From Chloroflexota bacterium (GTDB taxonomy: Bacteria > Chloroflexota > Limnocylindria > Limnocylindrales > CSP1-4), in contig VBEC01000022.1 of the NCBI GenBank assembly GCA_005883615.1, positions 433 through 64,432 on the forward strand: 64,000 nt of DNA, given 5' to 3'. Of this stretch, positions 1 through 10,709 are shown piece after piece (position 1 is the stretch's first letter; each line of letters opens with the position of its first letter). Below the pieces are notes generated by a model. That model ran no database searches, was not told where the DNA came from, and worked only from the letters and a program-made list of their open reading frames with translations. Made by a program: the position numbers and the translations under genes.

Positions 1-1
1 G

Positions 2-805
2 TATGCCCTTCCACCGAAGCAGCAGCAGCCCGGCTCGGGCACGGCGCCCGGGACCGATGTGCCTCAGGGTCACTGCATCAACGACACAACGACAGTTCTG
101 TTCAATGGGCAGACCGGCTGCTGGCGGCTGCTCTTTGCCGGTGAGCCGGCGCACACCGAGGTGGTCTCGAGGCCCGACTCAAACGACACCCGCATGCAGC
201 AGGTGACGTACGCGAACGGGAAGCTGTGGGGCGCCCTCGATACGGCTCTCAACCCGGATTCGGGGCCGCAGCGTGCCGGCATCGCCTGGTACATCGTCAA
301 GCCCACCGTCGCAACTGGCTCGCTCGCGGCCAAGGTCGCCCTCCAGGGCTATCTCGGTGCGACCGGGCGCGACTTCACCTACCCGGCAATCGGCGTCACG
401 CCGAGCGGTCGCGGCGTGATGGCGTTCACGGCGACAGGCGACAGCCTCAACCCGAGCGCCGCATACGCGCCGATCGACGCGCTCGCCGGCGTGGGAGCGT
501 GGAACAACGTGCCGGGCGGCGAAGGTGCCGCGCCAGACGATGGGTTCACGAGCTACAAGTCGCAGGTCGGCAACCCGCCGCGCACCCGCTGGGGTGACTA
601 CGGGGCGGCTGCCGTCGATGGCAACTCGGTCTGGATCGCCAGCGAGTACATCGCCAACGCGTGCAGCTACACAGACTGGGGCGGCCCGTTCTTCGGCGGC
701 ACCGGCGACAACCTGCTTGGAACTTGCGGTGGCGCCGACCACGGCCCGGGCACGCGATCCGCGCTCGGCAACTGGTCCACCTTCATCAGCAAGTTCACTC
801 CGTAA
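2..805 (+). CDS. Secreted-type hypothetical protein, C-terminal part (5' truncated by window edge)
   Basis: Frame open from base 2; Gly/Thr/Asn-rich; RWGDY..A.VD...WIASEY motif typical of extracellular beta-rich proteins. Confidence 0.75.
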   Translation, partial: YALPPKQQQPGSGTAPGTDVPQGHCINDTTTVLFNGQTGCWRLLFAGEPAHTEVVSRPDSNDTRMQQVTYANGKLWGALDTALNPDSGPQRAGIAWYIVKPTVATGSLAAKVALQGYLGATGRDFTYPAIGVTPSGRGVMAFTATGDSLNPSAAYAPIDALAGVGAWNNVPGGEGAAPDDGFTSYKSQVGNPPRTRWGDYGAAAVDGNSVWIASEYIANACSYTDWGGPFFGGTGDNLLGTCGGADHGPGTRSALGNWSTFISKFTP

Positions 806-887
806 CGCCCACTCGTTTCAGCAGCGCGATGCCCTCGGCGTCAGCCGGGGGCCTCGTCATTGTTGGCGGGCTGGGAATTTTGGCGTC

Positions 888-981
888 GTTCCAGTAGCCG
901 GCCGCCGCCGCCGTTCCAGCAGCCGGCCGCCGCCGTTCCAGCAGCCGGCCGCCGCCGTTCCAGCAGCCGGCCGACCGTTCC
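888..981. repeat. Tandem repeat, about 22 bp unit GTTCCAGCAGCCGGCCGCCGCC, 4 copies
   Basis: Units start at 888, 913, 935, 957; partial unit at 977. Confidence 0.9.
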
Positions 982-1042
982 CTGAAATACGAACATCGGA
1001 GGATCGTTGGACAGGTCGCCGGCTGGTCGCGACGCCGTTTCT

Positions 1043-1190
1043 GGTTAAGCCACCACGAAAATCGTGGAGGTTGGCCTCGGTCGTGACGAAAGTCGCACGC
1101 GATCGACGCCCTGTGGGTAAGGCGCACGCCCGATCCTTGTCGAACGATCACTGGGTGGTCGTTGTGCAGGGAAGCGTCCGTTGCGGATGT
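1043..1190 (+). ncRNA. Candidate structured RNA (five abutting hairpins), family unknown
   Basis: Hand-folded stems 1043-1076, 1077-1106 (GAAA loop), 1107-1124, 1134-1172, 1174-1190; many G-U pairs valid only on the + strand. Confidence 0.35.
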
Positions 1191-1246
1191 GCCCGGGAGC
1201 ACGCTCGGACCCGCACGACACGCCTGCCGGACGCTAGGATGCCACG

Positions 1247-2146
1247 GTGCCGATCGCCGTTATCGCGTTCGACTTCGACCCCCTGATTCACCTCGGCGAC
1301 CGGGTCCTGCGCATCGAGACGTTGGCCCTCGCGGCGGTCGCGCTACTGGTAATCGTGGCTGCGGCGATCCTGGCCGGCCGGACGCCTCCCGATCCGGCCA
1401 TTGACCCCGACGCGGAGCCCGGCGATCACCTGCGCCGCGACGACCTGATGTTCATCGTGCTCGGAATCGTGCCCGGCGCGGCGATCGGCGGCCGGCTGGG
1501 TTACGTGCTGCTGCACTGGGACTACTACTCGAGGCACACCTCGGCTATCGCCGACCCTTCGCAGGGGAGCCTCGAGCTCAGCATGGGCGTCGTGGTCGGG
1601 ATGCTGACGGGGGCGTATGTGGCGCGCCTGCTGGACGGGTCGACCGGCCGATGGCTGCATGTGGCGGCGGTTCCGATGCTTCTCGGGCTCGGCCTCGGCA
1701 AGTTGGCGATGGCACTGGGGGGCGATGGCCAGGGCACGGTGAGCAACCTGACGTGGGCCACGGCCTACCTTGGAGCAGGGCCCTGGGGCTCGCTGGCGCC
1801 AGCGATTCCGGCCCATCCCTCGCAGATCTACGAGGCGATTACGACCGGCGTCGTGCTGCTCCTGATGCTGATGTTGCTGAGTGTCGGGTCGTTCCGGCGT
1901 CGGGATGGGCGCGCGTTCTTCGTCGCCCTGGGGCTGTGGGCAGCCGGCCGATGCCTCGTTGCGCTGACCTGGCGCGATCCGGTCGTGCTCGGTCCGTTTG
2001 GAGCGGGCCAGCTCATGGCGCTGGTGATCGTCGGCCTCGCCTTGATCCTTTTCCTCGTCAGCGTTCGACTCTCGAGGGCGATTCCCAAGCCCGACGCGAT
2101 GGGCGAACCCAACTGGGCGGATCCTGCAATTCGGCCGCCCTTCTGA
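1247..2146 (+). CDS. Prolipoprotein diacylglyceryl transferase (Lgt) family protein, divergent
   Basis: Multiple TM segments, GGRLGYVL and HPSQIYE motifs; several conserved residues substituted. Confidence 0.8.
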   Translation: MPIAVIAFDFDPLIHLGDRVLRIETLALAAVALLVIVAAAILAGRTPPDPAIDPDAEPGDHLRRDDLMFIVLGIVPGAAIGGRLGYVLLHWDYYSRHTSAIADPSQGSLELSMGVVVGMLTGAYVARLLDGSTGRWLHVAAVPMLLGLGLGKLAMALGGDGQGTVSNLTWATAYLGAGPWGSLAPAIPAHPSQIYEAITTGVVLLLMLMLLSVGSFRRRDGRAFFVALGLWAAGRCLVALTWRDPVVLGPFGAGQLMALVIVGLALILFLVSVRLSRAIPKPDAMGEPNWADPAIRPPF

Positions 2147-2241
2147 CGCGGCCTTGGAGCCGCCGTCCTGAGCCGGCGGGTGCGTCGCCCATCTGAACGG
2201 GCGGGGGTATCTTGTATGGCCCAGGCCACGAGAGGTCAGCC

Positions 2242-3786
<1,545 letters not shown>

Positions 3787-3829
3787 AAGGGCCTAGCTCC
3801 GGCGGGCTCTGCGGCCGGCGCGCCGGCGC

Positions 3830-4166
3830 ACTGGCATCTGAAACGCGCCGCTGGCATCTGAACGCGCAGCGTTCCAACGAACCTGCGAGGTGCCCTCGTA
3901 GCCGCTCGTCGGTCTGATTCTGCTCGCCGGACGTTCAGATTCGATCGAATGGGGGTTGGGTCGGTCGATTCTTGAACGCGCGCCGTTCGAGATGACCCTC
4001 CGGAGCCCATGAAAACGCTCCTTTGAACGCTCGGCGTTCAGCCCCAAGGAGGCCCGCGGTCAGCCCTCCGACACCCCGCGGCTTCAGCTCTCCGACGCTC
4101 GGCGTGCAGCCCCCACAACGCCCGGCGTTCAGCCCCAAGGAGGCCGGCGTTCAGCCCCTCGAGGCC
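3830..4166. repeat. Degenerate REP-like palindromes plus six about 22-23 bp tandem units (CGGCGTTCAGCCCCAAGGAGGC-like)
   Basis: GAACG-N-CGTTC hairpins at 3858-3875, 3970-3992, 4023-4041; degenerate units 4032-4166. Confidence 0.65.
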
Positions 4167-4192
4167 AGCCGGGCGCCGGACTCAACGGGCGC

Positions 4193-4261
4193 GTAATCGA
4201 TTGCAAAACCGCCTTGACAGCCCGCAGTGAGGCTTCCATGATGCCGCGGTAATCGATTGCA
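4193..4261 (+). promoter_or_regulatory. Sigma70 promoter flanked by two identical LacI-type operators
   Basis: GTAATCGATTGCA at 4193 and 4249; TTGACA 4214-4219, 17 bp spacer, CATGAT 4237-4242. Confidence 0.85.
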
Positions 4262-4407
4262 TGGGACCGGCGGGCGGCTCCCGGGATCAGGCCGCGTAGC
4301 GCCCCGCCCCTCTCTGGAAGGCGCTCCTGCGCCACTCGCGAACGCGCCAGCGAACTGCCACGCGTCAGGCGCGAAACGTGCCACCGCACCACGGGGTACA
4401 GACGTCG

Positions 4408-6231
4408 ATGGGTGACGACCAGGCCGCGGCCGTGAGGCTGACGGGCACTCAGATCATCGTCGAGTACCTGATCCGCCAGGGCGTGCCGTACGCGGCCGGC
4501 ATCCCCGGCCACGGCTGCTGGAACCTCACCGACGCGCTGCTCGACCGGGCGGAGGAGGTCCGCACCATCCAGGTCATGCACGAGCAATCGGCCGTGCATC
4601 TGGCCGACGGCTACTACCGCGTCTCGGGCCGGCCGATGCTGGCCTTCACGAGCATCGGTCCCGGCCAGGCCAACACGGTTGTCGGCATGGGGACCGCCTA
4701 CGTCGACTCGACCGCGGTGCTCCTGATGACCGGCTCCGCGCACACGTACATGCGCGGCCACGGACTGCTCCAGGAAGTCGAGCGACGGCACGGCGCCGAC
4801 AACGCGCGGATCTTCGATCCCATCGTCAAGGAGTGGTTCCGGCCGTCGCGCGTCGACGACGTCCCATTCGTCATGCATCGCGCGTGGAACCAGATGATTT
4901 CCGGGCGGCCCGGGCCGGTCCTCCTGGACATGCCGATGGACGTTCAGGCCGAGGCGGCCGACGTCATCCTGCCGGATCCGGAAAAGCGGGAGGCGCGGGG
5001 CGCGCCAAGACCCTCGGCCTCGGAAGTGGAACGGGCGGCTCGTCTCCTCACATCGGCGAAGCGACCCGTCATCGTGGCCGGCGGCGGCGCCATCACCGCC
5101 GAGGCGAGCGAGGCGGTGACAAGGCTGGCCGAGCGCCTTGGCGCCCCGGTCGTCACGACCTGGATGGGCAAGGGCGCGATCGACGAGACCCACGAGCTGA
5201 ACGCCTGGAGCGTTGGCGACACGGCGTCGACCTCGGGCAATCAACTGGCCGCCAATGCCGACGTCCTGCTCTCGGTCGGGTGCCGATTCACCGACTGGTC
5301 GTCATCGTCCTGGCGGCGCGGCGTGAGCTTCGCGATCCCGCCGGCCAAGCTCGTCCAGATCGACATCGACCCGCGCGAGATCGGCAAGAACTACCCGGCG
5401 GAGGTGGCGCTCGTCGGCGATTCGCGCGCCGCGTTGGAGGACCTGCTCGAGGCGATTGGGCCCGGCGAAGGCACAGGGGCGTATCGGTCCACGCCGTACT
5501 TCGAGGAGATTCAGTCCGAGAAGTCGAAGTGGGAAGCGTTCAAGGCGATCAAGCAGCGAAGCGATCACGTTCCGATGACCCAGGCACGAGCCATCCACGA
5601 GATCCAGGCGGCCTGCGGGCCGGACGCCATCGTGACGACCGGCGCCGGGCTGCCGCAAGCGATCGTCAAGCAGAACTGGGTGACCCGCCAGCCGCGGACG
5701 CACATCACCAGCGGTGGCTTCTCGACGATGGGCTTCACGCTGCCGGCGGCCATCGGGGCCAAGCTCGCCAAGCCGGACCGGCAGGTGCTGGGAATCGCCG
5801 GCGACGGCGACTTCCTCCAGACGATGCAGGAGCTTGCGACCGCCACGATGCTCGGCACGCCGGTCGTCTTCGTCGTGCTCAACAACAGCGGCTGGCTCAG
5901 CATCAAGGGCGGCCAGAACAACTTCTTCGGTCGGACAGCGGCCACGGACTTCCTGCGCAAGGACGGCTCGGTCTATTCCCCCGACTACCGCGCGATCGGC
6001 GAGGCGTTCGGCCTCCATGCCGAGGCCGTGGATCGTCCGGAAGGCGTATGTCCGGCCGTCGCGCGAGCGCTCGCGGTCGACGGGCCGTCTCTCGTGGCGG
6101 TTGACGTGGCGAGGGAGTTTCCCGATGCGGGTCTCGACAAGACCGGTTGGTGGGATGCGCCTGTGCCCGAGTTCCATGAGGAGCAGTACGCAGCGCAGAT
6201 CGCCGGCCGGGCCGAGGAGCAGCAGCGATGA
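4408..6231 (+). CDS. ThDP-dependent enzyme, divergent IolD-like (trihydroxycyclohexanedione hydrolase)
   Basis: GIPGHG, HEQ, TSIGPG, LLQEVE; ThDP motif GDGD...NN; heads the iol operon. Confidence 0.75.
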   Translation: MGDDQAAAVRLTGTQIIVEYLIRQGVPYAAGIPGHGCWNLTDALLDRAEEVRTIQVMHEQSAVHLADGYYRVSGRPMLAFTSIGPGQANTVVGMGTAYVDSTAVLLMTGSAHTYMRGHGLLQEVERRHGADNARIFDPIVKEWFRPSRVDDVPFVMHRAWNQMISGRPGPVLLDMPMDVQAEAADVILPDPEKREARGAPRPSASEVERAARLLTSAKRPVIVAGGGAITAEASEAVTRLAERLGAPVVTTWMGKGAIDETHELNAWSVGDTASTSGNQLAANADVLLSVGCRFTDWSSSSWRRGVSFAIPPAKLVQIDIDPREIGKNYPAEVALVGDSRAALEDLLEAIGPGEGTGAYRSTPYFEEIQSEKSKWEAFKAIKQRSDHVPMTQARAIHEIQAACGPDAIVTTGAGLPQAIVKQNWVTRQPRTHITSGGFSTMGFTLPAAIGAKLAKPDRQVLGIAGDGDFLQTMQELATATMLGTPVVFVVLNNSGWLSIKGGQNNFFGRTAATDFLRKDGSVYSPDYRAIGEAFGLHAEAVDRPEGVCPAVARALAVDGPSLVAVDVAREFPDAGLDKTGWWDAPVPEFHEEQYAAQIAGRAEEQQR

Positions 6232-7181
6232 CCGGCCAGCCCAGGCAGGCGGGGCCCAGCCGAGCAGCGCTCGCGAACGCACAGCTCGGGATCAACCAGA
6301 TCCTGTGGGCCAACGACGACCTGCCCGAGCTCAACCCGCCGATCGACGCCGAGGCCATCCTCGACGAAATGGCTCGTCTGGGATTCAAGGGGAGCCAGCT
6401 GGGCACGACCTTCCCGCGCGGAGAGCGGCTCCGTGACGCCCTCGCCGCACGTGACATGCGGATCGCCGAGGTCTACACGACGATCGAGTGCACCGCGGAC
6501 GGCCCGGTCGACGGGGCCCTTGAAGCTGCTCGGGAAAGCCTCGAGGAGCTGTGTGCTGCCGACGGGGACGTGCTTGTGCCGGCGGTGGGGCAGTCCCATG
6601 AGCGCGCCCGGGTGGCCGGTCGGGCGAACGAACCGAGGGTGCCTCGCCTCACCGACGAAGGCATGGCCCGCCTGGCGGGGCTGCTCGACGCGCTCGGCGG
6701 CGAGACGCTGGCCGCCGGCCGAATCCTCGCGTTCCACCATCACGGCGGGACGTACGTCGAGACGCCTGACGAGCTCGAGCAGCTCATGGCGGCCACCGAA
6801 CCGGAGGTGGTCGGCATCTGCCTCGACACCGGGCACTACCTCATGGGCGGAGGCGAGCCGGTCACTGCCCTGCGCCGGTATGGCGAGCGTGTCAGGCACG
6901 TCCACCTGAAGGACATCGATCCAGGGGTCCTGGCGCGAATGCAAACGGGCGAGCTGGGGGGCTTTCTGGCCGGCATCCGCGAACGCGTCTTCACAGAAGT
7001 AGGCAGCGGAAGCCTCGATGTCAGCGGCGTCCTCGCCACGCTCGCCGGCCGGGACTACCGCGGCTGGTTGATCGTCGAGCAGGACACCAGCTGGCATCCG
7101 CCGTCCGAGAGCGCGGCGATGTCGTATGGGGTCGTCACCTTCGTCCTTCGCAACCTGGATCGGCGCCGGATGGCGGCCTGA
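6228..7181 (+). CDS. iolE: Myo-inosose-2 dehydratase
   Basis: WANDDLPEL, FHHHGGT.VE, LDTGH, HVHLKD, VEQD; ATGA overlap with the upstream gene. Confidence 0.88.
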   Translation: MTGQPRQAGPSRAALANAQLGINQILWANDDLPELNPPIDAEAILDEMARLGFKGSQLGTTFPRGERLRDALAARDMRIAEVYTTIECTADGPVDGALEAARESLEELCAADGDVLVPAVGQSHERARVAGRANEPRVPRLTDEGMARLAGLLDALGGETLAAGRILAFHHHGGTYVETPDELEQLMAATEPEVVGICLDTGHYLMGGGEPVTALRRYGERVRHVHLKDIDPGVLARMQTGELGGFLAGIRERVFTEVGSGSLDVSGVLATLAGRDYRGWLIVEQDTSWHPPSESAAMSYGVVTFVLRNLDRRRMAA

Positions 7182-7211
7182 CGTGCCGGCGACGGCAGAC
7201 GGGAGGCGACG

Positions 7212-8222
7212 GTGAGGGTCGCGATGTTCGGGGCCGGCCGAATCGGCCAGCTGCACGGGCGCCTGCTCGTCGCGCAGCCGGAGGTGTCCGAGCTCGTGAT
7301 CTCGGATCCCGATATGGAGCGTGCCCGCGTGGCTGCAAAAGCCACGGGCGCGTCCGTCGCGCCAAGTGTGGACGAGGCCTTCGATGGCGCGGAGGCGGTC
7401 GTCGTCGCCGCGTCAACCGACGCGCACGCTCGTCTCGTTCGGCAGGCGGTCGACCGCGGCATTCCCGTGTTCTGCGAGAAGCCACTGGCCTCCGACCTCG
7501 ACCAGACGATCGAGCTCGTCGATCACATCGAGGCTCGCAGCGTGCCGGTCCAGGTGGGGTTTCAACGGCGGTTCGATCCCGCCATCGCCGAGGCCCGGCG
7601 CCTCCTCGAGTCCGGTGAGCTGGGCACGCTCTACCTGGTTCGGCTGATCGCGCATGATCACGAGCCGCCACCCGACGACTACATCCCCACGTCCGGCGGG
7701 CTGTTCCGCGATTCGTCGATCCACGACTTCGACGCCCTGCGCTGGGTGACCGGTCGATCGGTCGAAGAGGTCTACGCCGCCGGTTCGGTCCGCGGCTTCC
7801 CGGTCTTCGCCAGGAGCGACGACGTCGACACCGCCGCGGTCATCCTTCGCCTCGACGACGGCACGCTCGGCGTCCTGAGCCAGACGCGTCACGATCCGCG
7901 GGGCTATGACGTACGCATGGAGTTCGTCGGCTCGCGCGACTCGGTCGCCATCGGGCTCACCCCGCAGACACCCCTTCGCACGATCGACAGCGGGCTCGTC
8001 GGGTCGGAACCCGGCTGGGATTCCTTCCTCACGCGCTTCGAGACGGCCTATCGAGCCGAGCTCCTGGCATTCCTGCGCGTCGCCCGCGGCGAGATCCCCA
8101 GCCCGTGCACCGCTCGAGACGCGCTCGAAGCGATGCGCATCAGCGTGGCAGCTACCCGCTCACGGGCCGAGCACCGGCCGGTGAGCCTTTCCGAAGTTGG
8201 TCAGCCGGCACACGCCGGCTGA
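7212..8222 (+). CDS. iolG: Inositol 2-dehydrogenase (Gfo/Idh/MocA)
   Basis: GAGRIG, CEKP, GFQRRFD, SGGLFRD..IHDFD, GYDVR.E. Confidence 0.85.
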   Translation: MRVAMFGAGRIGQLHGRLLVAQPEVSELVISDPDMERARVAAKATGASVAPSVDEAFDGAEAVVVAASTDAHARLVRQAVDRGIPVFCEKPLASDLDQTIELVDHIEARSVPVQVGFQRRFDPAIAEARRLLESGELGTLYLVRLIAHDHEPPPDDYIPTSGGLFRDSSIHDFDALRWVTGRSVEEVYAAGSVRGFPVFARSDDVDTAAVILRLDDGTLGVLSQTRHDPRGYDVRMEFVGSRDSVAIGLTPQTPLRTIDSGLVGSEPGWDSFLTRFETAYRAELLAFLRVARGEIPSPCTARDALEAMRISVAATRSRAEHRPVSLSEVGQPAHAG

Positions 8223-8357
8223 CGAAGAGCAGAGAGACCCAGCGAAGACCCGCTGCGGCGGGAGGAGGTGGCGAGAGAAGCGACGGTCAAATCGTGGGAT
8301 GGGCCTGCGCCGTGCAGGTGCCGATCCTGGCAAAGGTGGAGACGTTTAGGAGGAGAC

Positions 8358-9713
8358 ATGAGGCTCGGAAGATTGATGGCGCTGCTCTCGGCAGTGGCGC
8401 TCATCGGCTCGGCTTGCTCGAGCGCGGCCTCGCCGGCAGCGTCGACGCCCGCGAGCGCCGCAGCCAGCGCAGCCGCCAGCGCGGCAGCGAGCGCAGCAGC
8501 CAGCGGCGGCGGAAAGCTCACGATCGCCGCGGTCCAGGGCGGCGAGGACGCCGGCCTGAAGGCCCTGGCACCGATGTACAAGGCGGCGAAGGGCGTCGAT
8601 CTCCAGATCGTCGAGGCGCCCTACGACAATCTCTACTCGAAGCTCGTGAGCACCTTCCAGGCGAACGATTCGACGTACGACCTGGTCATGATGGACGACC
8701 CCTGGATGCCGAAGTTCGGCACCGACGGGTCGCTGTCGGATCTCGGCGCTCTCGGCATCAGCCGCGATCCGGACATCGCTGACGTCGTGTGGGACGTTGG
8801 GACCTGGCCGCCGCCACGTGGACCCGTTCCGCCGAGCGAGAAAGCCAAGCCCAAGCAGTTGCTTGGCGTCACGATCGTCGGCAACGTCGAGATGTTCATG
8901 TATCGCAAGGACCTCACGCCGAACGCACCCGCGAGCTATGACGAAGTTCTCGCGAACGCCAAGGCGCAGAAGGCGGCCGGGCTGACCGGCTACATCATTC
9001 GCGGCAAGGCCACCAACCCTGTCGTTGCCGACTTCCTGCCGATCCTCTGGTCGCAGGGCGGCGACGTCTTCGACGAGAACTGGAACACGACCATCGACAA
9101 CGACGCCTCCAAGGCGGCGATCAACTTCCTCGTCAACGACCTGAAGGCGACAGCCCAGAGCGACCCGGGTAGCACGGACGCGGCCGACCGCGACAAGATC
9201 ATGGCCAACGGCCAGGGCTACGAGTCGTCTGTCTGGCCGGGCGAGATCAACACGGCCGTCCTCGACCCAGCCGTCACGAAGGTCAAGGACAAGGTCGCGT
9301 TCATCCCGATCCCCAAGGGCAAGAGCGGCAAGGGCGTCGGCATGATGGGCAACTGGATGCTCGGCATCCCGAAGGCCTCCAAGAATCAGCAGGCGGCGGC
9401 CGATTTCATCAAGTGGATGTTGCAGGCCGATACGCAGAAGACGTACGCCCAGAACAATGGAATCCCGTCGCGAACGAGCGTCCTCACGGATGCCAGCCTC
9501 ACGGCGGCCAATCCCTACTTCCCGGTACTCGCTGAGGCCCTCAAGTCACCGCCCAACTGGCGGCCCCGGACGGATCAGTGGAACGCCGTGGAAACCATCC
9601 TCGGAACGGAGCTGAACAAGGCGCTGACCGGCGGTCAAACCGGCGATCAGGCGGCAACGAACGCAGCAACCCAGATCCGGGCGCTCATGAAGAGCAAGGG
9701 TTATACCCAGTGA
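8358..9713 (+). CDS. Sugar ABC transporter substrate-binding lipoprotein
   Basis: AGGAGG RBS, lipobox GSAC, Ser/Ala linker, CUT1 SBP features. Confidence 0.9.
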   Translation: MRLGRLMALLSAVALIGSACSSAASPAASTPASAAASAAASAAASAAASGGGKLTIAAVQGGEDAGLKALAPMYKAAKGVDLQIVEAPYDNLYSKLVSTFQANDSTYDLVMMDDPWMPKFGTDGSLSDLGALGISRDPDIADVVWDVGTWPPPRGPVPPSEKAKPKQLLGVTIVGNVEMFMYRKDLTPNAPASYDEVLANAKAQKAAGLTGYIIRGKATNPVVADFLPILWSQGGDVFDENWNTTIDNDASKAAINFLVNDLKATAQSDPGSTDAADRDKIMANGQGYESSVWPGEINTAVLDPAVTKVKDKVAFIPIPKGKSGKGVGMMGNWMLGIPKASKNQQAAADFIKWMLQADTQKTYAQNNGIPSRTSVLTDASLTAANPYFPVLAEALKSPPNWRPRTDQWNAVETILGTELNKALTGGQTGDQAATNAATQIRALMKSKGYTQ

Positions 9714-9737
9714 GCTGGTCCTGCTCGTGAGCGCAGC

Positions 9738-9770
9738 GTGGGGCGGCCGGCGGCTCGCCGGTCGCCCCAC
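9738..9770 (+). other. Intercistronic 15 bp stem-loop (mRNA stabiliser or attenuator)
   Basis: GTGGGGCGGCCGGCG-gct-CGCCGGTCGCCCCAC between SBP and permease genes. Confidence 0.6.
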
Positions 9771-9773
9771 TGA

Positions 9774-10709
9774 ATGCCCAGCATGAACTCGGCCCCTTCG
9801 CGCCCGATGACGCTGGGGGGACGCGTCGGGATGCGGACGGGCTGGTCGCGCCGGACGCGCCAGGAGCAGCTCGTCTACAAGCTCCTCCTGCCCGTGTTCG
9901 GCACCGTCTTCGTGCTGGCCACGATCCCCTTCGTGATGGCGGTCATCGAGGCGCTCACCGCGGGTCCGCGCGGTTTCGTCGGTCTCGCCAACTTCGAGAC
10001 GGCGCTCGGCAATCCACTCCTGTTCGAATCGATCAAGCAGACCGCGTTCTACGCTGCGATCGCCCTTCCAACGGAGATCCTGGGAGGTCTGGGCATCGCC
10101 CTGCTGGTCCACCGGGTGATCCGTTCACCGGGTCTCAGGGCGGCCATCTACGTCGCCGCAATGATCCCGATCGTCATTCCGCAGATCGCAGTGGGCGTCG
10201 TCTTTCGCCTCGTCTATCAACCCGATTACGGCATCCTCAACGTGCTGCTGGGCCGTACCGGCCACGACCAGCTGTTGTGGCTGTCGTCACCGCCCCTGGC
10301 CATGATCGCGACGGCCAGCGTCGACATCTGGCAGTGGACCCCGTTCGTGTACCTCGTCCTCTTCGCCGGGCTGCAGACGGTCCCCAGCGAATCGGTCGAG
10401 GCCGCCCAGGTCGACGGCGCAAGCACCTGGTCGCAGTTCCGGCACATCGAGCTGCCGTATCTGCGGCCGCTCCTGCTGTTGGTCCTGTTCTTCCGCCTCG
10501 CCGACGTCATACGCGTCTTCGACCACGTCTATGTACTGACGGGCGGCGGTCCGGGGACGACGACCCAATATCTGAGCCTGTACATCTACCGGATCGGGTT
10601 CCAATTCACCGACCTCAGCCAGGCCTCGGCGCTGGCCGTCCTGGTGATGGCCGCCATGACGATCTTCTACACGATCGTTTCGCGCTTCCTGCCGGCGGAC
10701 CGGGGCTGA
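9774..10709 (+). CDS. Sugar ABC transporter permease
   Basis: TM helices, WQWTPF, EAAQVDGA loop. Confidence 0.92.
   Translation: MPSMNSAPSRPMTLGGRVGMRTGWSRRTRQEQLVYKLLLPVFGTVFVLATIPFVMAVIEALTAGPRGFVGLANFETALGNPLLFESIKQTAFYAAIALPTEILGGLGIALLVHRVIRSPGLRAAIYVAAMIPIVIPQIAVGVVFRLVYQPDYGILNVLLGRTGHDQLLWLSSPPLAMIATASVDIWQWTPFVYLVLFAGLQTVPSESVEAAQVDGASTWSQFRHIELPYLRPLLLLVLFFRLADVIRVFDHVYVLTGGGPGTTTQYLSLYIYRIGFQFTDLSQASALAVLVMAAMTIFYTIVSRFLPADRG

Noticed and set aside
888-981. CRISPR or coding repeat
   Set aside because: Simple 22 bp VNTR without spacers; overlapping ORFs look like GC-rich shadow frames
3858-4041. LexA SOS boxes (GAAC-N4-GTTC)
   Set aside because: Half-site spacing is about 7 nt, not 4
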